A stretch of 57,117 nt of DNA from Candidatus Mesolinea sp. (GTDB lineage Bacteria; Chloroflexota; Anaerolineae; Anaerolineales; Anaerolineaceae): assembly GCA_003445715.1 (NCBI GenBank), contig DMCS01000040.1, positions 967 to 58,083 of the forward strand, in the 5' to 3' direction. Positions within the stretch are counted from its first letter, which is position 1, and every line of letters starts with the position of its first letter. Positions 20,064-29,241 of the stretch are shown piece after piece. Position numbers and translations under genes: made by a program. The notes under the pieces are model-generated. The model saw only the letters and a program-made list of their open reading frames with translations. It was not told the DNA's origin and made no database searches.

Positions 20064-20624
20064 ATGGCACTCGAGATTGATGTTTTTACTAAGGATTTGG
20101 ATCTTACCGATAAAATTCACGATTATGCGATTAAAAAAGTATCAAAATTAGAAAGATTTTTAAGTGGTATTGATGATTGCCGAGTGGACTTAGCCTATGT
20201 CAAAACAGCCAGGAAAGCAAGTGACCGCTTTATTTCGCAAATCACGATCCGTGGTAAAGGTTTTATCCTGCGTGTAGAAGAACGAGCCGATTCAATCGAT
20301 GCGGCTATCGATAAATCAGTGGATAAAATGACTCGCCAAATTGAACGTTACAAGGGAAAACATTGGGATCATCGTGCAGAAGGGGTGGCAACAAAGACAA
20401 TCGAAAAAATCACGAAAGAAGCCGAGGAAGAGGAGCAGCCAGTTATTGTGCGCCGAAAAAGCTTCGTGCTTGTGCCCATGACTGAAGAAGAGGCTTTGGA
20501 AGAAATGCAGCTTTTGGGTCACGAAGAATTTTTCGTGTTTTATAATGCCACAACCAATAAAATCAACGTACTTTACAAACGGCGCGACGGCACTTACGGC
20601 TTGATTGACCCTATTCTTGCCTAA
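20064..20624 (+). CDS. hpf: Ribosome hibernation promoting factor, long form
   Basis: SD AAGGAGG (20052-20058) precedes ATG 20064. N-terminal S30AE/YfiA domain and a C-terminal dimerisation domain (VVRRKSF...PMT.EEA...M.LLGH.FFVF.N). Confidence 0.9.
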   Translation: MALEIDVFTKDLDLTDKIHDYAIKKVSKLERFLSGIDDCRVDLAYVKTARKASDRFISQITIRGKGFILRVEERADSIDAAIDKSVDKMTRQIERYKGKHWDHRAEGVATKTIEKITKEAEEEEQPVIVRRKSFVLVPMTEEEALEEMQLLGHEEFFVFYNATTNKINVLYKRRDGTYGLIDPILA

Positions 20625-20642
20625 GCTTATATAAAGTCTATC

Positions 20643-20667
20643 CAGCCCCTATTGGGGCTGCTTTTTT
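20643..20667 (+). terminator. Rho-independent terminator after hpf
   Basis: Stem CAGCCCC/GGGGCTG with TATT loop, followed by C-TTTTTT. Confidence 0.6.
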
Positions 20668-20693
20668 GTTAGAATGCGTGCGGAGGTATGATA

Positions 20694-21317
20694 ATGGACT
20701 GTGAAAAACCTTTAATCAAAGCAGCTGACTTGTTTTGTGAAACCGATATGGACATTAACACAATCGAGAAAGCGACCACCAAAGTCCTTGAGGCGATTGG
20801 TGAAAATCCCAAGCGGGAAGGATTATTGAAAACCCCTTCGCGCGTGGCGCATGCCTATGAGGAAATCTTGGATGGCTATCGCATCAATCCTGAAGAGTTG
20901 ATCAACGACGCTTTTTTTACTGTTGCCTATGATGAACTCGTCATTATTAAGAATATTGAATTTTATAGCCTGTGCGAACATCATATGCTGCCATTCTATG
21001 GCGTGGTGCATGTCGGCTACATCCCAGACGGCAAAGTCATCGGGCTTTCCAAGATCCCGCGCATTGTCGATATGTTTGCGCGGCGCTTACAGGTGCAGGA
21101 GCATATGACTCAGCAAATTGCTGATTTTTTGCAGGAAAGTATGCAACCGCAGGGGGTTGGCGTTGTCGTTGAGGGCAAGCACCTATGCATGATGATGCGC
21201 GGAATTAAAAAACAAGAAGCTTCAATGACCACATCGGCAATGTTGGGAGTTTTCCGGTCTCAGCCCTCAACACGCATGGAATTCCTAAATCGCATCGCCT
21301 CTGAAGAGAAGATTTAA
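20694..21317 (+). CDS. folE: GTP cyclohydrolase I
   Basis: Conserved CEHHMLPF and HVGYIP..KV.GLSK..R motifs. I prefer ATG 20694, which is 7 nt after GGAGG, over 20688. Confidence 0.9.
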   Translation: MDCEKPLIKAADLFCETDMDINTIEKATTKVLEAIGENPKREGLLKTPSRVAHAYEEILDGYRINPEELINDAFFTVAYDELVIIKNIEFYSLCEHHMLPFYGVVHVGYIPDGKVIGLSKIPRIVDMFARRLQVQEHMTQQIADFLQESMQPQGVGVVVEGKHLCMMMRGIKKQEASMTTSAMLGVFRSQPSTRMEFLNRIASEEKI

Positions 21318-21673
21318 ATGTTACTTTTTCGGCGAAAGATCTCAACACCAACGCGTGTTGTATTGGAAACTTTTTTCGGTTTCTCCACGCGAATGCGCAC
21401 AGCTTTAAGTGGGTAATTTTGTAAGAGGAACCGAGAAAGATGGTTGGCTAAAGCCTCCACTGTATGAAAATGTGTTTCTGAGACCTGTGCTGCAACTGCT
21501 TTAGAAATGGTGGAATAATTGATTGTATCGAGGATGTTATCGCTCTCGCCAGCAGCACTCAGATCGCGATAAAGCGTGAGGTTAATAAGGAGAATTTGTG
21601 GCTTATCGCGTTCTGGATGTTTGACACCAATAATTCCCGTTGCTTGCAAATCTGTAATAATGATTTTATCCAT
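21314..21673 (-). CDS. folB: Dihydroneopterin aldolase
   Basis: 119 aa from MDKIIITDLQATGIIGV...; the FolB-like pattern continues through to the C-terminus. The longer ORF-track version (to 21862) would overlap the next gene and adds non-homologous residues. Confidence 0.85.
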   Translation of the reverse strand: MDKIIITDLQATGIIGVKHPERDKPQILLINLTLYRDLSAAGESDNILDTINYSTISKAVAAQVSETHFHTVEALANHLSRFLLQNYPLKAVRIRVEKPKKVSNTTRVGVEIFRRKSNI

Positions 21674-21715
21674 AGTTACCTCTCGGGCTAATTTTACGAC
21701 AAAAGGACGTCTACA

Positions 21716-23119
21716 TTGAAAATAGTCTGCTTCTCGATAAATCCAATTTTTGCCGGTCAGGTGACTGGCGGGGCTTCGAAACACTTTATGAATATCTGCC
21801 AATTTTTGGAGCAGCAGGGACACGAAGTTGTGATTCTCTGCGCGCAGGCGGATGAAAACCATACCTCATTCACCCTTGGGCAGAATATCAAAGTTAAACC
21901 CGAATTACCCTTTCACTTGCCTTTCCCTCAGCCTTACCAAATACCGCCAGGCGATTTAGCACTTATCTGTGAGCTGGTTGCGCGTGAGCTTGAAGCTGCT
22001 GATCGCTTTTATATGCATGATGGCGAATTATTGCTTCCATTCCTCTATGCAGCCGTTCCCACAGTGAGCTCATTTCGGGATAACTATTATCCCGAATCTA
22101 TCTTAGGCACGTTTTTGACACAAGCAGATGCGATTATTGCGGTTTCTGGGTTCTCGGCAGAGGTGATTAAAGTCTCCGCTGGCAGGGTTTTCCCTAAGCT
22201 GAAAGAACGGATTCACACTGTCTTGAATGGTATTGATACCCAGCTTTATCACGCCGTGGACCCCACACCTGTTTTTCGCCGCTATGCGCTAGACCCCGCC
22301 GTTCACCAGATTATCCTGCATCCCCACCGACCGGATGCTGGCAAAGGATTATTACAAACGATCCTGGTTGTGGAAAAGTTAGTAAAGGAACATGGCTTTA
22401 CCCAATTGCGTGTCCTCGTCCCAGAATGGTTAGACGAGATGAACGGGAAGGGTGAGAGTGAATTTCACGCACAAATCTCTGCGGAACTTCGCCACCGCGG
22501 ACTAGAAGAATACTTTATCTTTCATCCATGGCTCAGCCAAGAGGAAATGCCAGCATATTATTCCGCCGCCAGCCTGACGCTTTGCCTTGGGAATATGGTC
22601 GAGGCTTTCGGCAATGTGGCATATGAGTCTTTAGCCTGCGGGACGCCCAGCATCGTTGCTAAAGTTGGTGTGCACCGCAGCCAGCTGCCCGATACGCTCA
22701 TCGACAAAGTAGAGTATGGCGATATCGAAACTGCAGCCCAGATCGCTGTGGGGATATTGCGCGCCCATAGGCGCGTTGAGGGGGAACACTTAGCGCAGAT
22801 TCTGAATTACTTTTCTATTGAAGCGCAGTTAGAAGCTTACGCCGAAATCATCACCAAGGTTCAAAAATTGCCCAGGTTGGAACATCAAACCATTACGATT
22901 TCACTAGAAACGAAATTTCAATTAGCGCCTTGGTGTTATCTTTCCTCACGAGGCATCTTTCATGATTACCACGCAAAATATTACTCCATACCTGAGCTCG
23001 AAGCTTGGTTAACCGAAGAGGATACGCTTTGTTTTTCTGCAAAGGCAGAGCGCTCAATTTCATGGAATGCAATGCTTGATTTGTATCGCTTGGGGATCCT
23101 TATACCATTGCCCGCTTAA
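21716..23119 (+). CDS. Glycosyltransferase, GT-B fold (GT4-like)
   Basis: 467 aa. N-terminal GGASKH motif and C-terminal E.FGNVAYESLACGTP motif typical of GT4 retaining glycosyltransferases. TTG start. Confidence 0.8.
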   Translation: MKIVCFSINPIFAGQVTGGASKHFMNICQFLEQQGHEVVILCAQADENHTSFTLGQNIKVKPELPFHLPFPQPYQIPPGDLALICELVARELEAADRFYMHDGELLLPFLYAAVPTVSSFRDNYYPESILGTFLTQADAIIAVSGFSAEVIKVSAGRVFPKLKERIHTVLNGIDTQLYHAVDPTPVFRRYALDPAVHQIILHPHRPDAGKGLLQTILVVEKLVKEHGFTQLRVLVPEWLDEMNGKGESEFHAQISAELRHRGLEEYFIFHPWLSQEEMPAYYSAASLTLCLGNMVEAFGNVAYESLACGTPSIVAKVGVHRSQLPDTLIDKVEYGDIETAAQIAVGILRAHRRVEGEHLAQILNYFSIEAQLEAYAEIITKVQKLPRLEHQTITISLETKFQLAPWCYLSSRGIFHDYHAKYYSIPELEAWLTEEDTLCFSAKAERSISWNAMLDLYRLGILIPLPA

Positions 23120-23847
23120 GCCCACTCACCACCATCAATGCGGATCACCGTGCCAGTCATGAAATCCTGGTGGAGAATGTGAAGGACATTCTCCGCGATG
23201 ATTTCGGGGCTGCCAATACGCTTGAGAGGGATGCGCCTTTCCGCTAAATCTTGCAAATCTGCGTCTTCATTACCAGCCAGCGGGAGCATAATCCCCGGCG
23301 CAATAGCATTGACCGTAATATGAGGGGCTAATTCCAAGGCAAAGAGCGCTGTCATCTCATTGATGCCATTCTTGGTAAGGCGGTAAGCGAAGTGATCAGG
23401 CTGGTGACGGAAAACTTTCGCATCGGAAATATTAATGACCTTACCCGGAAACCCTTCAGGGAGCTGCTGTGCAAAGGCGCGTGTCAGCAATAAAGGTGCA
23501 AACAGGTTGACATTGAAGACCTGTTCAAGCAGTTCTGACGTTGTATCCATGCCTTTACCTTTGGGATAAATTCCAGCATTGTTAATCAGGATATCAATAT
23601 GGCCAAAAGCAGCTGCCACAGCATGCATCATCTGCTGCAGCTGTTCTGGGTTAGATAAATCTGCCTGGAAAATCTCTGCCCGCACACCGGCTTCATCCGC
23701 CTCTATTTGCACTTCGCGTACTTCTTCTTCGGAATGGTGGTAGTGTAGCGCTAAGTTGCAGCCTTCAGCCGCTAGCGCAAGCGCAATTGCTCTGCCAAGC
23801 CGAATGCCGCTTCCGGTAATCAACGCGTTTTTCCCTTTGAGCTCCAT
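23116..23847 (-). CDS. SDR-family oxidoreductase, pteridine-reductase (PTR1/FolM)-like
   Basis: 243 aa. TGSGIRLGRAIA..LHYHHSEEE resembles the PTR1/FolM N-terminal signature. NNAG and Y-x3-K (YRLTK) catalytic motifs are present. Confidence 0.8.
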   Translation of the reverse strand: MELKGKNALITGSGIRLGRAIALALAAEGCNLALHYHHSEEEVREVQIEADEAGVRAEIFQADLSNPEQLQQMMHAVAAAFGHIDILINNAGIYPKGKGMDTTSELLEQVFNVNLFAPLLLTRAFAQQLPEGFPGKVINISDAKVFRHQPDHFAYRLTKNGINEMTALFALELAPHITVNAIAPGIMLPLAGNEDADLQDLAERRIPLKRIGSPEIIAENVLHILHQDFMTGTVIRIDGGEWA

Positions 23848-23936
23848 CTGGTCTCCTTGTTGTGAAAATGCTGCCTAAATCGAAAGTATTGTATAATTTT
23901 TGGCGAGTGCTTTCAAGAAACTGTGGAGACTTTAAA

Positions 23937-24377
23937 TTGAAATATTTATGTGTTGATCCGGGTGAGGTACGCATTGGCATTGCGATTAGTGATGAAACTG
24001 GCTCATTAGCCCGTCCGCTTGCTATTCTCGGTCATGTTTCAAGAGTAATTGACGCTATGGGGATTATGCAATTGGCTCTTGAAAACCAGGTGGACGCTAT
24101 TGTGGTTGGGCAGGCATTAGATAGCAACGGCAAGCCTGGACCCAAAGCGCGCTCTGCAGCACGGTTAGCTGAAGCCTTGCGTGTACTTGGAGAAATGCCA
24201 GTTTACCTTTGGGACGAGAGCTATTCATCCCAAAAAGCAGCCGAGCTGCGCATAGCAAAAGGCATATCGCGAAAGAAGCGCGCCCAACCCATAGATGACT
24301 TGGCAGCGGCGGTCATCTTACAAGATTTTTTAGAGCACTACTCCGGGATGTCAGAAACAAATGGCACAGAACAATAA
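23937..24377 (+). CDS. ruvX: Holliday-junction resolvase-like nuclease RuvX (YqgF)
   Basis: LCVDPGEVRIGIAISD matches the YqgF N-terminus. The in-frame TTG at 23937 has GGAG about 8 nt upstream. The ORF-track start at 23862 adds 25 non-conserved residues. Confidence 0.8.
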   Translation: MKYLCVDPGEVRIGIAISDETGSLARPLAILGHVSRVIDAMGIMQLALENQVDAIVVGQALDSNGKPGPKARSAARLAEALRVLGEMPVYLWDESYSSQKAAELRIAKGISRKKRAQPIDDLAAAVILQDFLEHYSGMSETNGTEQ

Positions 24378-25500
24378 GCCTTCAGCATTTCCTAAAGCTT
24401 TAGTCATCTTACTGGTAATCTTGCTTTGTGCACTTCTCGGCACGCTGATAGGCGCACCAGCAATGGCAGCAAAGTCATTTGGTCCAGTTGATCGCGGGCT
24501 AAACCCGATTATGCGGGCGCGCTACGCCGTTGCGCTTTTACAAACAAAAGAAGAGCTGCTAACCAGTACGCAATGGTCCCAAGTTCCACGCAAATTTAGC
24601 ATCCAACCAGACGAATCTGTTGAAGCGATCTGCTGGCGTTTAGAAAACGAGGGTTTCACCTCTTCAGGGAGCTTGATCTGCACGTACTTGATATATTCCG
24701 GGCTGGACCGCAAAATTCAATCGGGCACGTTCACGCTCAGATCAGAGCTGAGCAGTGTTGACATTGCACATACCATCACAGACCCAGAAGCTAGGGATAT
24801 CGCTTTTTATATCTATCCGGGCTGGCGCTTAGAAGAAATCGCCGAGAGCATCGACTTGTGTGGCTTCACATTTAGCGGCGAAGAATTTTTGACATATGCA
24901 TACGCTCCACCAGAAAAAGTGCGGACTCAGCTACAACTTCCGGAACAAGCATCTTTAGAGGGTTACCTTTATCCAGACGAATACAGCCTCGAACCGCATA
25001 TAGACTTAGAAAGCACTGTAGAGGTCTTCTTATCCAATTTTCGCGTCAATATGCAGTCTCCAGATGTACTAGCAGGTATCGCAGAGCAAGACCTTAGCTT
25101 CCATGAAGCCCTGACTTTGGCTTCGATCATCGAGCGCGAAACCCGCGCTGATGAAGAAAAAGCCACGATTGCATCCGTTTTTTATAACCGTTTAGCCGAA
25201 GGGATGCGCTTACAGACTGATCCGACAGTCCAATATGCCCTCGGATTTGACGAAACAGAACAAACTTGGTGGAAGACCCAACTCACAGAAGCAGACCTGC
25301 AAGTCGATTCGCCCTATAACACCTATTTTTACGCCGGTTTGCCACCTGGACCAATTGCAAACCCCGGCTTAGCTTCGCTGGAGGCGGTAGCATTTCCAGT
25401 GCAAACCCCTTATTTTTATTTCCGCGCCAAATGTGATGGGAGTGGAACCCATGTTTTTTCTGTCACCTTTGACGAACATTTAAATAATGCATGCCCTTAA
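24361..25500 (+). CDS. mltG: Endolytic murein transglycosylase MltG (YceG-like)
   Basis: 379 aa. N-terminal TM helix. Conserved LASIIERE, FYNRL..GM.LQ.DPTV.Y, YNTY...GLPPGPI.NPG. Confidence 0.9.
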   Translation: MAQNNKPSAFPKALVILLVILLCALLGTLIGAPAMAAKSFGPVDRGLNPIMRARYAVALLQTKEELLTSTQWSQVPRKFSIQPDESVEAICWRLENEGFTSSGSLICTYLIYSGLDRKIQSGTFTLRSELSSVDIAHTITDPEARDIAFYIYPGWRLEEIAESIDLCGFTFSGEEFLTYAYAPPEKVRTQLQLPEQASLEGYLYPDEYSLEPHIDLESTVEVFLSNFRVNMQSPDVLAGIAEQDLSFHEALTLASIIERETRADEEKATIASVFYNRLAEGMRLQTDPTVQYALGFDETEQTWWKTQLTEADLQVDSPYNTYFYAGLPPGPIANPGLASLEAVAFPVQTPYFYFRAKCDGSGTHVFSVTFDEHLNNACP

Positions 25501-25518
25501 ACATCACGAGGAGGATTT

Positions 25519-26265
25519 ATGATTACATTAGGTATTGATATCGGGGGATCCGCGATTAAAGGCGCACTCGTAGACTTGGATCAAGGGAAGTTGGTATCCG
25601 AGCGGTTGCGCTACGAAACAGAACCCTTATATAAGCCTCGGGTTGCAGCCGAATTGGTCGAAAAAATCCGCAAGAAGTTGGACTACCATGGCATCGTTGG
25701 CGTGGGTTACCCCGGAGTGGTCAAAAAAGGGGTTGCCTATACCGCAGCTAATTTGCACAAAAACTGGATTGGCACAGATATCTCGCTATTACTTTCCAAT
25801 CAGACTGGGCAGCCTGTAACTGTTCTAAACGATGCTGATGCTGCGGGCTTGGCGGAGATGCGCTTTGGCATCGAGGATGCACATCTTTACAAGGCTGTGT
25901 TATTCCTCACAGTAGGGACTGGGATCGGCTCGGCGATTTTCGTTGACGGACATCTCATGCCCAATACGGAACTCGGGCACCTGATGGTGCGCGGCAAAGA
26001 AGCTGAACATCGCGCTTCTGATGTTGTCCGTCGGCAGAAAAACCTTAGCTGGAAACAGTGGGGCAAGCGCTTTACCGAAGTATTAAATACTTATGAAAGT
26101 TTACTCAACCCCGATCTTTTTATTATCGGTGGAGGGGTCAGCGCCAAGTTTGAGAATTACGCTGAATATCTGAAGATTCAAACGAAGATCCTACCCGCCA
26201 AACTAGAGAACTTAGCCGGAATTATCGGCGCAGCAATGGCTGCCAAAGAAGCCGAATTACCTTAA
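25519..26265 (+). CDS. ppgK: ROK-family polyphosphate glucokinase
   Basis: 248 aa. GIDIGGSAIKGA ATPase motif. Length and pattern are typical of PpgK. Confidence 0.8.
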   Translation: MITLGIDIGGSAIKGALVDLDQGKLVSERLRYETEPLYKPRVAAELVEKIRKKLDYHGIVGVGYPGVVKKGVAYTAANLHKNWIGTDISLLLSNQTGQPVTVLNDADAAGLAEMRFGIEDAHLYKAVLFLTVGTGIGSAIFVDGHLMPNTELGHLMVRGKEAEHRASDVVRRQKNLSWKQWGKRFTEVLNTYESLLNPDLFIIGGGVSAKFENYAEYLKIQTKILPAKLENLAGIIGAAMAAKEAELP

Positions 26266-26270
26266 ATGGA

Positions 26271-26681
26271 TTAGAGCAGCGCTTCATAACCGGGACCTCT
26301 TTCAAAAAAGTCCCGATTGGCTTGGATTGCGGGCGTGAGATCGACGATTTCACCTTCTGCAACTACACGGGTAGCAGAAATATGGACTGGGTCGCCCTCG
26401 TAGGTAGTTGTATCCAACGGCTGATCGTAACCTGGAGTTCCTACGGGGGCACTAAGCACTTCGCCACCCCGAGCAATATAGGCTGAGGGTACATCTTGCA
26501 ACGTAAAAATAGCACCATATGGGCATTCTGGGATGCAAGCACCACAATCGATGCAGGTATTAGGGTCAATATAGTAGAGTGGCCATTCTGTCTCGGGTTT
26601 ACCAGGAACGATGCAAGAAACCGGGCAAACCGCCATACATCCGCCATCGCGGAGACACAAATTGGTAATAACAAAAGCCAT
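26271..26681 (-). CDS. 4Fe-4S dicluster ferredoxin
   Basis: 136 aa. Cys motifs C..GGC..VCP and CIDCGACIPECP. Confidence 0.8.
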   Translation of the reverse strand: MAFVITNLCLRDGGCMAVCPVSCIVPGKPETEWPLYYIDPNTCIDCGACIPECPYGAIFTLQDVPSAYIARGGEVLSAPVGTPGYDQPLDTTTYEGDPVHISATRVVAEGEIVDLTPAIQANRDFFERGPGYEALL

Positions 26682-26741
26682 TTTCTACTCCAAAGGTAAA
26701 ATTAGTGGGGTAAGTTTATCACGATTGAATAGGCCTCAGAT

Positions 26742-27680
26742 TTGAAACCTAAACATCCTATCAAACCTTATCTCTTGCTCTTCATAGGAATCTTAGCGGT
26801 CTCCACTGCTGCCATATTTATCCGCTTAGTTTTACGCGAAGCGAGTGCATTAGTCGTCGCGGCTTACCGCTTGGCACTTTCAGCCCTCATCAGTGGGTTT
26901 CTCTTGCTCATCTCTAAGAAAGGTCAACGGGCGCATGTAGAACGGAAGGATATCAGCCTACTCATCCTTTCAGGCGTGTTTTTGGCTGCGCATTTTGCTG
27001 CATGGATTACTTCCTTGGAACACATCAGTGTGAGTAGTTCTGTGATTTTAGTAACAACCACGCCTCTCTGGGTGGCGCTGCTTTCGCCCATCGTGCTCAA
27101 AGAGAAGGTTAGCTCGCGCTTTTATTGGGGCATGCTTGTGGCAATTATTGGAGGAATCAGCATCGCTATGAGTGGTCCTTGCCGGTTCAGTGCGGCTGGA
27201 TTTAGCTGCTCGGGGAGCATTTTTGACAGCGGCAGCCAAACCCTCCTTGGCATGGCGTTAGCGCTCTTTGGCGCCTGGATGGCTTCGGGTTATATGTTAA
27301 TCGGCAGAAAAATGCGCCTGAAAATGGATAATTTGAGCTATACGACATCTGTTTATACCGTTTCCGCCATAGTTTTGATTTTGGCGCTTATTTTGCGCGG
27401 AGAAAAGGTTTTGGGTTATTCCCCCCAAGTTTATGCGCTTTTTGTAGCTTTAGCCGTTATCCCGCAGCTCTTAGGGCATTCGGTTTTGAATTACTCATTA
27501 GAAGCTTTGCCGGCAACAGTTGTTTCTATGGCGTTATTAGGCGAGCCAGTGGGTTCTACCATCTTGGCTGTCATCTTCTTAAACGAAATACCGTCGACTC
27601 TAGAAATAATCGGCGGTATTTTTATCTTGTTCGGTATTGTGATTTCAGTGCTACCCGAACGCAAGCCTAATGTGGTTTGA
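26742..27680 (+). CDS. DMT-superfamily (EamA) transporter
   Basis: 312 aa with about 10 TM helices in two EamA-like halves. TTG start. Confidence 0.85.
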   Translation: MKPKHPIKPYLLLFIGILAVSTAAIFIRLVLREASALVVAAYRLALSALISGFLLLISKKGQRAHVERKDISLLILSGVFLAAHFAAWITSLEHISVSSSVILVTTTPLWVALLSPIVLKEKVSSRFYWGMLVAIIGGISIAMSGPCRFSAAGFSCSGSIFDSGSQTLLGMALALFGAWMASGYMLIGRKMRLKMDNLSYTTSVYTVSAIVLILALILRGEKVLGYSPQVYALFVALAVIPQLLGHSVLNYSLEALPATVVSMALLGEPVGSTILAVIFLNEIPSTLEIIGGIFILFGIVISVLPERKPNVV

Positions 27681-29226
27681 CAGTTCCGGATAACTCGGCA
27701 TTCAACTTAGCGCTATAACGTGCTTTCTCTTCCGGTGGCAGCCGGCTGTAGAGCAGATTAAGCTCCCACATGCGTTGGCGTAAAGGCTCGGTGATAGCAT
27801 CGGGAAGCATGCGCCAAGCCCAGTTGCTGCCCTGGGAACCTGGTAAATTCATGCGTGCTTCAGCGCCTAAGGAGAGCAAATCTTGCATAGGCGCAACAAC
27901 ATCATTTGCCACAGATTGCCAGATAGCGCGCATCATCGACCAAGAGATATCATCTCCAGAAACATTGAGATAACGCCGGCAAAAGTCCTGCTCGCGTGCC
28001 GAAGCTTGCTCATACCAACCCTTTGAGGTGTTATTATCGTGCGAGCCAGTGTAGGCAAAGCAATTCACAGGGTAGTGGTGGGGGAGGAAATCGTCCTCAG
28101 GATCGCCCGTGAAAGCAAATTGTAGTATCTTCATCCCTGGGAGGCCAAAGCTATCACGCATATCCTCGACATCTGGTGTGATGACGCCCAAGTCTTCAGC
28201 AATGATAGGCATCTCAGGGAACTTCTGCTTGAACGCCTTAAAAATCTCTTTGCCCGGACCTGGCACCCACTCACCTTTGCGCGCAGTAGTCTCCCCAAAG
28301 GGAATATGCCAAGCGGCTGCAAAACCGCGGAAATGGTCCAAGCGGACCAAATCGACCATTTTCAAGATAGCTGCCATACGATCGAGCCACCATTGGTAAC
28401 CTTGCGCACGATGAACGTCCCAGTTATAAAGCGGATTACCCCATAATTGGCCATCTCGGGAGAAATAATCTGGTGGCACACCCGCTACAAAGGTGGGGTT
28501 GAGTTCTGCGTCCATTAAGAAAAGGTCAGGATTTGCCCAAACGTCCGCGCTATCAAGTGCGATCACGAATGGCACATCGCCAATAATGCGGATACCATTT
28601 TGCTGAGCATAAGCATGCACTTTTCCCCACTGGTTGAAGAAGAGAAATTGATTGAACTGGTGCCTCTCGATGTTTTCAGCAAACTGCGCCGAGAAATCCG
28701 CCATAGCTTGCGAATCGCGGTATTTTAAAGGTTCTGGCCAAAGGTTCCATTGTTGCCCATTTTGACTTTCTTTGATAGCCATAAATAAACTGAAATCTCC
28801 AAGCCAAGCTTGGTTTTCTTGGCAGAAGCGTTCGAAGGCAATCTTGATCGCATGAGATTGCAAAGAACGAAAACGGGAAAATGCTCGCTCTAAAAGCCTG
28901 TTTTTCCAAATAATCACGGGTCCAAAATCGACGCGATCGGCAGGGAAAGCAGGTCGGTCAGCAATATCAGAAATTTCTAGAACACCATCTTCGATTAAGA
29001 GCAAAGGGCTCACCAATAAGGGGTTGCCAGCAAAGGCAGAAAAACATTGGTAAGGGGAATCACCATAACCCGTGGGTCCTAAGGGCAGAATCTGCCACAT
29101 TTGGCAGCCTGAGGCTTTTAGAAAGTCGATCCAGCGATAGGCTTCTGGGCCCAAATCGCCGATGCCATCAGGACCGGGAAAACTGGTTGGATGAAGTAAA
29201 ATTCCGGAAGCACGCTCAGTAAGCAT
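27667..29226 (-). CDS. malQ: 4-alpha-glucanotransferase (amylomaltase, GH77)
   Basis: 519 aa. GILLHPTSFPG, SPYQ..S.FAGNPLL, VRLDHFRGF, AEDLG motifs. Confidence 0.92.
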   Translation of the reverse strand: MLTERASGILLHPTSFPGPDGIGDLGPEAYRWIDFLKASGCQMWQILPLGPTGYGDSPYQCFSAFAGNPLLVSPLLLIEDGVLEISDIADRPAFPADRVDFGPVIIWKNRLLERAFSRFRSLQSHAIKIAFERFCQENQAWLGDFSLFMAIKESQNGQQWNLWPEPLKYRDSQAMADFSAQFAENIERHQFNQFLFFNQWGKVHAYAQQNGIRIIGDVPFVIALDSADVWANPDLFLMDAELNPTFVAGVPPDYFSRDGQLWGNPLYNWDVHRAQGYQWWLDRMAAILKMVDLVRLDHFRGFAAAWHIPFGETTARKGEWVPGPGKEIFKAFKQKFPEMPIIAEDLGVITPDVEDMRDSFGLPGMKILQFAFTGDPEDDFLPHHYPVNCFAYTGSHDNNTSKGWYEQASAREQDFCRRYLNVSGDDISWSMMRAIWQSVANDVVAPMQDLLSLGAEARMNLPGSQGSNWAWRMLPDAITEPLRQRMWELNLLYSRLPPEEKARYSAKLNAELSGTVKPH

Positions 29227-29241
29227 AAGTTTATTCCTCGC

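Noticed and set aside
21674-21862. N-terminal 63-residue extension of the folB ORF in the track
   Set aside because: The extension overlaps the start of the glycosyltransferase gene on the other strand. The FolB homology begins at MDKIIITDL, so the internal ATG at 21673 is preferred.
23862-23936. Upstream ATG start for ruvX
   Set aside because: It adds 25 residues that are not part of the YqgF fold, and a promoter-like TGTATAAT sits inside it. The TTG at 23937, with an upstream GGAG, fits the conserved N-terminus better. This remains uncertain.
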